DNA of 64,000 bases, from the NCBI GenBank assembly GCA_964187785.1, contig OZ076409.1, positions 93,188,001-93,252,000 of the forward strand. Reading direction: 5' to 3'. Positions 26,834 through 38,710 of the stretch are shown piece after piece; within the stretch, counting starts at the first letter, position 1, and each line of letters opens with the position of its first letter. The position numbers and the translations under genes are program-made. This DNA comes from Amphiscolops sp. MND2022. Taxonomy: Eukaryota. The notes beneath the pieces were generated by a model. That model searched no databases. It saw only the letters and a program-made list of their open reading frames with translations, and was not told the origin of the DNA.

Positions 26834-27661
26834 ATGTATGAAACTCCGTCTCTTCATAAGTTTGGTTATTCTAGTGAACAGCTAAAACTGAGGGAACATC
26901 AGGAGCTAAAAGATATGATAAAAAGTCAAGAAAAATTAGCCCAAATAACACATTCCAAATTGAAAGAAGATTTGCAACGCGATTTTGAAAATGACATAGA
27001 AAATCAAGTAGAAGAAAAAATGCTAGACGCGACAGCTTCCGCGGTAGCTATAGCGAAGGCGCATCAAACACTAGACCCACAGGAAATTCAAGATGTTTTA
27101 TTAAACACAAAGTTAATGAATGATAATTATTCCCAGTTTTCAGACCTTTCAAAAACCATAAATAAATTAGAACAAAGTATGAAAAAATCTTTCGCCGAAC
27201 AAAGAACTGCTTTAGTAAATGAGGTACTAAATTTAATACACAACAATAGTTTTGAAATGTTAACAGTCCGTAATTTAAAGTTTATGAGTCAGGTGGGTCA
27301 AGCTGGAATGGTTTTAAATGAAGATGAAATAAATAATATTCTTAATAGCCTAGATCAAAATAAAATTACTATAACTAACAACATAATTCAACTGCTTTAT
27401 GACAAAGGTTTGTTCGATTCCTTTCCCAATAAAGATCAAGCTTTTGCAAATTATCTAACTTTTAGTGAATCCTATTTAAAGGAAAAGTATGGAAAAACAA
27501 TACCTACTTCAGATGGTGAATATTATCTGTCTGATTTAGAATATTCTACCAGACAATCGAATCTGGAGTCATTGAAAAAAGACAATTTTAAAGACCTTGT
27601 TGATATGAAACACAGAATGAAATTAACACCAACGGAAATAAATTTCATTTTATATGATTAA
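26834..27661 (+). CDS. Maverick hypothetical protein (275 aa, coiled-coil-rich N-terminal half)
   Basis: Intact ORF with the ATAAATG start shared by the other element genes; no motif recognised. Confidence 0.75.
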   Translation: MYETPSLHKFGYSSEQLKLREHQELKDMIKSQEKLAQITHSKLKEDLQRDFENDIENQVEEKMLDATASAVAIAKAHQTLDPQEIQDVLLNTKLMNDNYSQFSDLSKTINKLEQSMKKSFAEQRTALVNEVLNLIHNNSFEMLTVRNLKFMSQVGQAGMVLNEDEINNILNSLDQNKITITNNIIQLLYDKGLFDSFPNKDQAFANYLTFSESYLKEKYGKTIPTSDGEYYLSDLEYSTRQSNLESLKKDNFKDLVDMKHRMKLTPTEINFILYD

Positions 27662-27664
27662 TAA

Positions 27665-30600
27665 ATGGAACAAAAACTCTATCCCTCCCTGACCCCAACG
27701 GCCTCTCCCCCCGCACCATATGATGTAGAATCAATGATAAATAAGCGATTGCAAAGCGCGTTGCAAAACGAATTACAAAAAGTAAATAGCTTCAATAATT
27801 CTATTCAAAACATTAGTCTAATGATGAAATATTATGAAATGGAAGAAAAGAAATACAAACAGAAATACAATAAATACAAGCTAATAAATAACCTAATTAA
27901 CTCCCTCGATGGCATTATAGTGATTGGAACAACTTCAGCATCAATCTCACTAAGTATTACTGGTGTGGGTATTATAGCTGTTCCAATCGCTGCAGGAGTT
28001 GGTTGTACAACTGGTATTCTTGTTAAGATTTGTTCCGGTTATTTGTAGAAAAAGGAGCAAAATTATAAACTTAAGTACACTATTATTCAGAAGACTCTTG
28101 ACGACTTTAGACAACTTTATGTTACTAGCCTAAAAGATAATCATATAGATGAAAAAGAATATCACCGATTTGTGACTCAATTTGAAAATTATCAGGTAGC
28201 TTCGCGCGCGACAGCTAACACAGCTTCGCGCACAGCTTCGCATACAAAATCACAAGTAGCTTCACACGCGACAGCTAGACAACAAAAACTCTATCCCTCC
28301 CTGACCCCAACGGCCTCTCCCCCCGCACCATATGATGTAGAATCAATGATAAATAAGCGATTGCAAAGCGCGTTGCAAAACGAATTACAAAAAGTAAATA
28401 GCTTCAATAATTCTATTCAAAACATTAGTCTAATGATGAAATATTATGAAATGGAAGAAAAGAAATACAAACAGAAATACAATAAATACAAGCTAATAAA
28501 TAACCTAATTAACTCCCTCGATGGCATTATAGTGATTGGAACAACTTCAGCATCAATCTCACTAAGTATTACTGGTGTGGGTATTATAGCTGTTCCAATC
28601 GCTGCAGGAGTTGGTTGTACAACTGGTATTCTTGTTAAGATTTGTTCCGGTTATTTGTAGAAAAAGGAGCAAAATTATAAACTTAAGTACACTATTATTC
28701 AGAAGACTCTTGACGACTTTAGACAACTTTATGTTACTAGCCTAAAAGATAATCATATAGATGAAAAAGAATATCACCGATTTGTGACTCAATTTGAAAA
28801 TTATCAGGTAGCTTCGCGCGCGACAGCTAACACAGCTTCGCGCACAGCTTCGCATACAAAATCACAAGTAGCTTCACACGCGACAGCTACCGCGACCGCT
28901 AACACAGCTTCACACACACCACCAACAATACCACTTAAACCACACAATTTTTTATAATTAATTTATTCAATTTTAACATAAAAAATAAAATAAAAATTAA
29001 CACTAATAATTGAAAAATATACTATTGAAAAATATGCTGCTATTAAATTCATGATTTTAATAGCTTCAATAATTCTATTCAAAACATTAGTCTAATGATG
29101 AAATATTATGAAATGGAAGAAAAGAAATACAAACAGAAATACAATAAATACAAGCTAATAAATAACCTAATTAACTCCCTCGATGGCATTATAGTGATTG
29201 GAACAACTTCAGCATCAATCTCACTAAGTATTACTGGTGTGGGTATTATAGCTGTTCCAATCGCTGCAGGAGTTGGTTGTACAACTGGTATTCTTGTTAA
29301 GATTTGTTCCGGTTATTTGTAGAAAAAGGAGCAAAATTATAAACTTAAGTACACTATTATTCAGAAGACTCTTGACGACTTTAGACAACTTTATGTTACT
29401 AGCCTAAAAGATAATCATATAGATGAAAAAGAATATCACCGATTTGTGACTCAATTTGAAAATTATCAGGTAGCTTCGCGCGCGACAGCTAACACAGCTT
29501 CGCGCACAGCTTCGCATACAAAATCACAAGTAGCTTCACACGCGACAGCTACCGCGACCGCTAACACAGCTTCACACACACCACCAACAATACCACTTAA
29601 ACCACACAATTTTTTATAATTAATTTATTCAATTTTAACATAAAAAATAAAATAAAAATTAACACTAATAATTGAAAAATATACTATTGAAAAATATGCT
29701 GCTATTAAATTCATGATTTTAATAGCTTCAATAATTCTATTCAAAACATTAGTCTAATGATGAAATATTATGAAATGGAAGAAAAGAAATACAAACAGAA
29801 ATACAATAAATACAAGCTAATAAATAACCTAATTAACTCCCTCGATGGCATTATAGTGATTGGAACAACTTCAGCATCAATCTCACTAAGTATTACTGGT
29901 GTGGGTATTATAGCTGTTCCAATCGCTGCAGGAGTTGGTTGTACAACTGGTATTCTTGTTAAGATTTGTTCCGGTTATTTGTAGAAAAAGGAGCAAAATT
30001 ATAAACTTAAGTACACTATTATTCAGAAGACTCTTGACGACTTTAGACAACTTTATGTTACTAGCCTAAAAGATAATCATATAGATGAAAAAGAATATCA
30101 CCGATTTGTGACTCAATTTGAAAATTATCAGGTAGCTTCGCGCGCGACAGCTAACACAGCTTCGCGCACAGCTTCGCATACAAAATCACAAGTAGCTTCA
30201 CACGCGACAGCTAGACAACAAAAACTCTATCCCTCCCTGACCCCAACGGCCTCTCCCCCCGCACCATATGATGTAGAATCAATGATAAATAAGCGATTGC
30301 AAAGCGCGTTGCAAAACGAATTACAAAAAGTAAATAGCTTCAATAATTCTATTCAAAACATTAGTCTAATGATGAAATATTATGAAATGGAAGAAAAGAA
30401 ATACAAACAGAAATACAATAAATACAAGCTAATAAATAACCTAATTAACTCCCTCGATGGCATTATAGTGATTGGAACAACTTCAGCATCAATCTCACTA
30501 AGTATTACTGGTGTGGGTATTATAGCTGTTCCAATCGCTGCAGGAGTTGGTTGTACAACTGGTATTCTTGTTAAGATTTGTTCCGGTTATTTGTAGAAAA

Positions 30601-30893
30601 AGGAGCAAAATTATAAACTTAAGTACACTATTATTCAGAAGACTCTTGACGACTTTAGACAACTTTATGTTACTAGCCTAAAAGATAATCATATAGATGA
30701 AAAAGAATATCACCGATTTGTGATTCAATTTGAAAATTATCAGGTAGCTTCGCGCGCGACAGCTAACACAGCTTCGCGCACAGCTTCGCATACAAAATCA
30801 CAAGTAGCTTCACACGCGACAGCTACCGCGACCGCTAACACAGCTTCACACACACCACCAACAATACCACTTAAACCACACAATTTTTTATAA
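27665..30893 (+). pseudogene. Five-copy tandem array of a Maverick membrane-active (adintovirus GasderminX-like) gene, each copy with the same in-frame TAG
   Basis: Hydrophobic Gly/Ala hairpin IIVIGTTSASISLSITGVGIIAVPIAAGVG, then GYL*KKEQ...SLKDNHIDEKEY. Copies start at 27665, 28281, 29059, 29721 and 30217. The family name rests on recalled similarity. Confidence 0.7.
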
Positions 30894-31005
30894 TTAATTT
30901 ATTCAATTTTAACATAAAAAATAAAATAAAAATTAACACTAATAATTGAAAAATATACTATTGAAAAATATGCTGCTATTAAATTCATGATTTTATTATA
31001 AATAA

Positions 31006-34000
31006 ATGGAGAACTGCAGTATTTGTAATTCTGATTATAAAAAAGCTTACAAGTCCGATCATCTAAAATCAATAAAACATTTACAAAAATTAAATCAATA
31101 TTATTGTAAAAAATGTAATACATTTATGCCATTGTCTGACAAGTCTAATCATCTAAATTCAGATGAACATAAAAACAAAACCAAACAACAACGCGAAGCT
31201 ACACAAATTTGGTGTGAAGATTGTGGTAAATATATAAGTAATTCAAGACATTTCCAAAGTGAAATTCACACGTTAAGAAGTCAAAACAACGCTACAAAAA
31301 ACACATTTGGTAATACACTACATGATTCTGGAACTAACGTAGAAATAATTGTGAATGAAAAAACATACATTAAACTGAGAGTAAATCCAACAAATCATCT
31401 TGATGAACAGATTAATGATTTACTAAATAAAAATTACTTTCCCAGATACAAGTTCCAATTGAGTTATTTAGCTAAGTTTTCGAAATACATCAACGGAGAA
31501 GAAATTGTATTTCACAAATGGGTTAAATCAGATTTTAATTACAATCACACGCAGATTGCCTTCGGCACAAACCCAAATATTCACAACAAATTAATGCAGA
31601 AATTAGATGATGAACAATTAGAAGGATCAGGTTTTTTATTAAATGGTATTGTCAATGTAATATTAGAAATTTATAAAGTCAATGATATTCAAGCTTCTTC
31701 ATGGGTTGAGTTGCCAGAAAAATATAAGAATAACAAATCAATTATAAATATAAAAAATGATGATCAATTTTGCTTTTTGTGGTGCATCCTAGCACACCTT
31801 TTTCCCGTTGAGGATCATAAAAATAGAACATCAAATTATTCAATGCACACGAACAAACTCATTTTAAATGGTTTAGAATTCCCCATGAAAATTAAAGATA
31901 TTCCCAAGTTTGAAAACTTAAATAATTTAAACGTAAATGTATTTGAACTCACAAAAACAGTTTTAACACCAATCCATACCAACACAAACTATGATCAACC
32001 ACAAATAGATTTATTATTATATCAAAATCACTATTGCTTAATAACAAAATTGCATTGTCTAATAAATAAGGATTCGCACATGAAATGGGTGTGTAGAAGA
32101 TGCCTAACTGCATTTAGTTCTGAGGATATTCTCAGTCAACACATTGACCGTTCTCAAAAACAACAACCAACTAATATCACATTCAGTTGTAAGGATCACT
32201 TAAAGTTCGAAGATTATCATATGAAAGTTCCCATACCAATAAGAGTATATGCAGATTTTGAATGCATTAATCAACCAACAGATGACCGCGAAGCTGCGCC
32301 CAAAGTATTATTTAAACAAATTCCAATTGCAGTAGGATTTTATATAATTTCACCATTTGGTAATAATTACAGCTCATACTTTGGTGAATCGTGTGTAACA
32401 TGGTTTGTAAATGAAATGTTGACTCTAGAAAACATTGCTAGTAACTATTTTGAAACAAATTTACATCTTGAAATAACTCCTGAAGAACACCAATCATTTC
32501 AACAATCCAAAGTGTGTTGGCTTTGCGAACGAAAGTTAGACGGTGAGGATAACGTTCGAGATCATGATCACCTTACAGGAAAATACAGAGGAGCGGCCCA
32601 CAACAAATGTAACATAAATTGTAAAAAAAGTCAAGTACGTTTGTTCCTATATTTTTCCAAAATTTCAGTGGTTATGATTGTCATTTAATTTTTGAAGAAC
32701 TCTTAACATCAGCTTATAATCTAAAGTTACCAATAAATACTATACCAAAGTCAATGGAAAATTATGTAAGTGTGCAAGTAGGTTGTTTAAGGTTTTTAGA
32801 CTCATACAGATTTTTGAGTAGTAGTCTACAAAAACTTATAACATCATTAAATGATTTTCCTTATATGCAAAATGAAGGCCTAACTGATGATTTATTTAAG
32901 AAAAAATTAGCTTATCCATACGAAAAATTCAATCTTAACAACCTGCATGAACCACTAAATCTAACAAAAGAGGACTATTGGTCAACATTAACACAATCTC
33001 ACCCATGTGAGGATGATATAAAAAGAACCCAACAATTGATTGACACTTACAACATTACAACAGCACAAGAACTAACAGAATTGTACTTAAAAATGGATGT
33101 ACTACAACTCACTGACGTGTTCGAAAACTTTGTTGAGAAGTCTACACTTTAATACGGCATCAATCCTTTGTACAGTTACTCTTTACCTGGTTATACATGG
33201 AAAACTGGTTTAAAACTTACTAAAATTAAATTAGATTATATAAAATGTAAAGAATTATTATTACTTTTAGAAAACAATATACGTGGAGGAATTTCAAGTG
33301 TAATGGGACCCAGATTCATTGAGTCAAATGAAAATACTAAATTGCTGTACATTGATGCAAATAACTTGTATGGATGGGCAATGAGTCAATACCTTCCTAC
33401 TGGAGACTTTAAAAAGATGCGTAGCTTCGCGCAGAACTGTCACGGCGAAGCTATGCAATCTGATTCTGCACTGATGAATGAAATTACAGAAGACATTTTG
33501 AATACACCAGATGACAATGAATTTGGATACTTTATAGAATGTGATTTAGAATATCCAGCAAAAATTAAAGAAAAAACCGAAAACTTTCCACTTTGTCCTT
33601 ATCAAACAAAAGCCGATCCAAATCTTTTCTCAGAATACATGAACAGTGTAAAACAATCCAACTACAAACCAACCGAGAAACTTATGTGTGACCTAACAAA
33701 TAAATATAATTATATGATGCACTACAGGATGTTCAAGTTTTACACCCAGATCGGGATGAAAGTAACAAAGATTCACACAATCTACCGGTTCAAACAATCA
33801 CTTTGGTTAGAAAAATACATTAATCATAACACACAAAAACGCACCAAAGCAAAAACAAACTTTGAGAAGGATTTGTACAAATTAATGAACAACGCTTTCT
33901 TTGGTAAGACTATGGAAAATGTTAGAGACCGGACTAATTTAGAGTTTATCCCTCACACCAATATTGATCAAATAATAAAAAGACAATCGAAGTTAAGCTT

Positions 34001-34841
34001 CAAAGGAATTACTAATCATTACTCCGCATTCAGTGTTTACAAGTTTGATAAGGAAAAAGTAATTTTTGATAAACCAATATACTTGGGGTTTAGTGTTTTA
34101 GAACTGAGTAAGTTGTTAATGTACGAGTTTTATTATCACAAATTACAACCATATTATAACAATAAAATTAAACTGCATTATATGGATACAGACTCATTCA
34201 TTCTAAGTATTAAAACTGGAGACCTTATAAAAGACTTGGAATATTTCAAAAATGATTTTGATTTCAGTGAGCTCGATGAAAATCATGAGTTGTACAATTC
34301 TATTAACAAGAAAGTTATAGGTAAAATGAAAATAGAAACATCACCAATTATTGAATTAGACAACTTCGTAGCTTTGAGATCTAAATCATATTCTTTTAGC
34401 TATGGGGCAACGCAAAGCACAGTTCAGAAAGCAACGCAAAAGTCAAAACAAAAAGGAATACAACATACACCAATTTATTCACAATTTATAAATTCATTAT
34501 TTAATTCTGAAACAAGAACTGCAACTAATTATTCTATTAGAAGTAATGCTCACAACTTGACTGTTCAGAAACAAGATAAGCTAGCTTTGAATCCTTTTGA
34601 TGACAAGCGTATGTACTTGAATCCAATACAAAGTTTATCATGGGATAAACACACACAAAAAGGTGATTGTCCTTGTATACTTTGTATAAAATTAGTTGGT
34701 TTGTATTACACCGAACTGAGCACAAAGGATGGCACAAGCCTCCCAGATGAAGAAATATACTATAACATTTGGACTCTGAAAGAAAAATTGAATCATCAAC
34801 AGCTTTTAAATCTGATAAGTGATCGGGCCCATTTATTGTGA
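31006..34841 (+). pseudogene. polB: Protein-primed family B DNA polymerase (frameshift ~32625, stop at 33150-33152)
   Basis: N-terminal zinc fingers, ExoI VYADFE, EndoVII-like CWLC...RDHDHLTGKYRGAAHNKCN, motif A YIDANNLYG, motif B KLMNNAFFGK and motif C YMDTDS, spread over ORFs 31006-32688, 32754-33152 and 33168-34841. Confidence 0.95.
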
Positions 34842-34980
34842 TTACTATCGTGATAACTGGCGTGACGCACAGTTTCGCGATAGCTTTTGCGATAGCTTTC
34901 GCGATAGCTTTCACACACATCTTTTATAATTAGAAATATCATTTATTATCATCATTTATTATCATTAGTCTCATATCAAA

Positions 34981-36228
34981 TCAAATGAGGTCAAAATGCC
35001 TTTGCCCATCACTACTAATACTTATTAGTTTTGGGGTTAATACAAGTGCATAAGCTATATAATCTGCTACATCAATGGCAGCATTAAATTTAAATTCTAA
35101 ACGGATTGGTTGACTCGCAATGATATCCTTTTGTTTGCTGAGGTCAAATACATAGAAATTATAATTTGTTCTGAATTTGTTCAAATCAATGAAGGGATTG
35201 AGTAAGTTAGTTTCACTATTCAAGTGATAAAAGTTTTCAATTTCACTATATGCTTGATCATATTTGTCGCGGTCGTAATCACATTCTATTCCATCATCGG
35301 GATATTTTTCTGATCCTATTTTACAAACTGCATTACTAATTGGCAACCGGTCAAACACTGCATTATCATGAACCTGAGAATCAATTTTATTTCTAGCTTG
35401 AAATCCAACAATCACAAAAGTTGGAGTCGATGTTCCCGAAGATCCGCCTGCGCTGCCTAATTCAAATGTCCAATTCGAATTCGTGTTAACATCTTTTCTG
35501 AAAATAATTCGTTCTGTGTAACTCAATTCGGTTGGATCTTTATTTAGAATTTGGTCCATGACAAGTTGTTGGTTTTCGATACTAGGAACATAGTGTGGAA
35601 TATACCAACCAATATCTTTAATAACCACTTTTGCAGCATCCACTCCAACACTTCTTAAAATGGCGTCATTGTTAGTGTTCCGTTTGAGTGTAAGAGTGTA
35701 GCCCAACCCATAAGTTATTTTTTCTTGATCAGCAAATCCAAACAAGTCTTTTAGTTTTATTCTCACAAAAAAGGTTCCTTTCTCATTTTTGTTGTTTGTT
35801 AGTTCTTGTCTTCTTATAGTATAATCTTCTTCAAACCCATACATTAATTGACTTGTGGATTTAGTGCTTGTCAAACACTTGTACATTAAAGAAATCAAGT
35901 GCAAATCGTCAACTTTTTCTAGGTGTTTCCCACTAGAAGTTGTTAATTTGGCTTCACTAAATAGAGAGAGTGGCCCAAAGTTAACCAATCCAATTTCATC
36001 ACCATCAGCAAATCTTGTATTATTGTTTTTAAGTACTTCAAATTCTAGACTTATGAAACTATTTTGTAAACATAAGTATGCATCTTCTCTTGGGAAACTA
36101 ATTGTAGTATTCGAGTTTGTATTGTTAATTGTCGCCAAACTACTTGGACTATACTTTATGAAATCAATTTTATGAATAGGTTTTTCGAGCGTGTATTTAT
36201 TTTTTAAAGAAAACATATCTGTGTTCAT
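34981..36228 (-). CDS. Double jelly-roll major capsid protein
   Basis: 415 aa, beta-rich; Polinton MCP-like segments (LFSEAKLT, PTFVIVGFQ, YVFDLSKQ, IRLEFKF); position within the element. Confidence 0.85.
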   Translation of the reverse strand: MNTDMFSLKNKYTLEKPIHKIDFIKYSPSSLATINNTNSNTTISFPREDAYLCLQNSFISLEFEVLKNNNTRFADGDEIGLVNFGPLSLFSEAKLTTSSGKHLEKVDDLHLISLMYKCLTSTKSTSQLMYGFEEDYTIRRQELTNNKNEKGTFFVRIKLKDLFGFADQEKITYGLGYTLTLKRNTNNDAILRSVGVDAAKVVIKDIGWYIPHYVPSIENQQLVMDQILNKDPTELSYTERIIFRKDVNTNSNWTFELGSAGGSSGTSTPTFVIVGFQARNKIDSQVHDNAVFDRLPISNAVCKIGSEKYPDDGIECDYDRDKYDQAYSEIENFYHLNSETNLLNPFIDLNKFRTNYNFYVFDLSKQKDIIASQPIRLEFKFNAAIDVADYIAYALVLTPKLISISSDGQRHFDLI

Positions 36229-36286
36229 TTATAATAAAAAATTATTGGAAAAATGTTGTAAAACTACGTGGGCACAGCTTCGCAAA

Positions 36287-37189
36287 TTACTCAAACCTGT
36301 GGAAAATATTCATACTTTCTAACGTTTTGTTGTTAGAGTCAAAGTCGAATATGCTACTTAAAAGTTCTTGTTCATAGTGTTTTCCTTGAATAATTTCTCC
36401 GTTTTCATCATTTAGAGTGTATGTTACTGGGTTTGTTTTGTTGATGTTGTGTATTTTAAAAAGTTCTCTATTCCAATTTGTTGTATAACCTTTTGAATAA
36501 ATGTTCCTTTTGTCAGGAACTCTTACAAAATCCCCCACTTGGAATTTGGCGAAGCTTTGCGCGAAGCTGCGGTAGCTGTCGCGCGGTTGTTTCGGTTTAT
36601 TAACAAAGGTAGGTGGATCGATTGGTTTTTTATTCGCTTCAAAAGGTGTCATTTTGGTTGTGGTATGGACACGATTATTATACTTTTGTAAAGCAGCATC
36701 AAGGTGATTCAACCAGTTACCTTTACCTTCAATGTACATTGGTTCTTTGATTAAGTCCAAAAGTGTTCTATTGAAACGTTCAACAAAAACAACCTTCAAA
36801 TCTGAATTAGTTGAATAAATTTGAAAGTTTTGCTCTTTTAAATAGTGTAAAAATGTTGTGTTGTAAAACTCTTTACCTCTATCACTCCAAATTTTGTGTG
36901 GTTTTCTCTTCTCTTTTTCAATGAGACCTTTTAATGCAGTAGTTGTACTTTTTCCTGATTTATCTTTGAGGGGAATCGCCCATGCATATTTAGTATGGTT
37001 GTCAATTATTGTGAAAATAAACTTGTAGTTTTTGTTGTATTTGCTTAAATTTGAGCGATGAATTAAATCGATACTCCAACATTCATCTTTATAGTGAGTT
37101 TGTATTTGAATTCTTTGAAACTTCTTGATTACAGGAGAGAATATTTCTTTAACAATTTCTTTCTTGCGAAGCCCTGCATTTTGATTCAT
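36287..37189 (-). CDS. Retroviral-like (rve) DDE integrase
   Basis: WSIDL...IDNHTKYAWAIPLKDKS...WSDRGKEF...VERFNRTL, plus the C-terminal KFQVGDFVRV...KGYTTNW motif typical of Maverick integrases. Confidence 0.95.
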   Translation of the reverse strand: MNQNAGLRKKEIVKEIFSPVIKKFQRIQIQTHYKDECWSIDLIHRSNLSKYNKNYKFIFTIIDNHTKYAWAIPLKDKSGKSTTTALKGLIEKEKRKPHKIWSDRGKEFYNTTFLHYLKEQNFQIYSTNSDLKVVFVERFNRTLLDLIKEPMYIEGKGNWLNHLDAALQKYNNRVHTTTKMTPFEANKKPIDPPTFVNKPKQPRDSYRSFAQSFAKFQVGDFVRVPDKRNIYSKGYTTNWNRELFKIHNINKTNPVTYTLNDENGEIIQGKHYEQELLSSIFDFDSNNKTLESMNIFHRFE

Positions 37190-37223
37190 TTATTATAGTT
37201 TTATAACAATTTTTTGTAAATAA

Positions 37224-38408
37224 ATGAATAATGATTATTGCTTACAGAGCGGCTTGCAGAGCTATAGAAATAATTATCAAGGAGTTAACACGGGAGTTAA
37301 CACGGAAGTTACCACGGAAGTTACCACAGATGCCAACAAACTGTATTGGTATCAGAAAACACGAATCTATAAAGTAATCACAAATCCTATGTTTATTGTA
37401 TGTTTAATTATATTTATAGGTATTATTGTTGTAATATATTGGAATTATATTCGCCCTAGACAGTTTAAAACAATTTATAAAAAACTACTACAATTTGCAG
37501 GGTTCAAATACTCTCATCTGACAAACCAGGAAAGAGAGGCTACACCCCAGGAATCCCCATCTCATAATAACAATTCCTTCCAATTTATGGTAGTAGTGGC
37601 TCTGGGAAGACAAGTTTTTTAAAGCATTATTTATCCCGAATTCAAAGAGATTATTTAGTATTTGGGCGAGATGAACGTGAGTTTCCCTCTCAAAATTTTG
37701 TACCACTACTGCAGTTGGAGAAAATTAATATTGAATCACTTATTAATAAAATTGTTATACTGGATGATGCAGGTGCATATAAAAGTCTTAAAACAAAAGT
37801 AGAAGACTTATTTAGATATGGTAGACACATGAATATAGTAGTAATATACCTTGCTCACTATGCAAAGGATGTTCTTCCAGTCGTGAGGGAAAACTGCTTC
37901 AAAATATACTTAACAATTAATAACCCAGATAATTTCTTCGAGTCGATTGTACAAACTTATGCGTTAGCTTCCGCAGTTAAGGACGGGTTTAATTGGAAAT
38001 ACTACCGCGATCACTTACAATATGGTATAATTTGACACAAGGAGTCAGAAATACAAGATTCTAAACGACAAGTACAAGTTAATTTATGATTCGAGCAAAC
38101 GAAGTAAATGGGGCCCAGAACAACTTGTTGCTTATGAAAGTTACTTTTTCACTGGTGATGAATACAACAGACTCAAAATTTTCTTAGAGGAAATGTCCGA
38201 CCAGACAATTGAAATAACACCACCCAACATAGCTTATTATTATGTGTTTTATTGCAAACAAAATAACATTAAAGTGAATGAATCCAAAATAGACAACTAC
38301 GTTGAGCGTATGCAAAAACCACTAATTAGTGATTCAGTTAAAGAGGACTTTAAAAATTTAATTTATGATCAGGCAAAAAGTTTTACTAAAAATAAACTGA
38401 GTAATTAA
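37224..38408 (+). pseudogene. A32/FtsK-HerA-like ATPase no. 1 with an N-terminal transmembrane helix (two frameshifts)
   Basis: TM segment FIVCLIIFIGIIVVIYW in ORF 37224. Walker A IYGSSGSGKT at 37583-37612 lies in the -1 frame, contiguous with Walker B IVILDD and GRH in ORF 37715. C-terminus resumes at 38031. Confidence 0.8.
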
Positions 38409-38428
38409 CGGGAAATTAACAAAAAAAT

Positions 38429-38700
38429 ATAGTGATTCTTAGAGAAGTTTAGAGAAATTTAGTGATTCTTAGAGGAATTTAGTGATCTCTAAGAATCTCT
38501 AAATTTCTCACTAAATCACTAAGGTTTCACTAAGAGCATTTATTTTCACTAAATTTCACTATAATCTCTAATCTTAGAGAAATGAATATTCTTAGAGGAA
38601 TTTAGTGAAACCTTAGAGGGATTTAGTGAATTTAGCTTAGTGAAATTTAGTGAAACCTTAGTGATTACATAGTGATTATTAGAGGAATTTAGTGATTTTT
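38429..38700. repeat. Array of ~11-bp TTAG(A/T)GA-based repeats in alternating orientation blocks
   Basis: Forward block ~38429-38487, reverse block (TCTCTAA/TCACTAA) ~38487-38572, forward block ~38573-38700; intergenic. Confidence 0.8.
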
Positions 38701-38710
38701 TACTAAATAA

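Noticed and set aside
28046..28048. Programmed readthrough of the shared TAG
   Set aside because: The context TAG-AAA is not a known leaky context (TAG-CAR-YYA); a nonsense mutation copied by amplification is simpler, though untested.
27665..31005. CRISPR-like or spacer-containing array
   Set aside because: The units are 612/662-bp gene duplications with no unique spacers; eukaryotic context and no cas genes.
34537..34920. AKAI-repeat ORF and other antisense ORFs (35855-36175, 41123-41311, 41489-41692, 52080-52355, 53127-53660)
   Set aside because: Shadow frames of real genes; the AKAI repeat is a translation of the 12-bp hairpin array.
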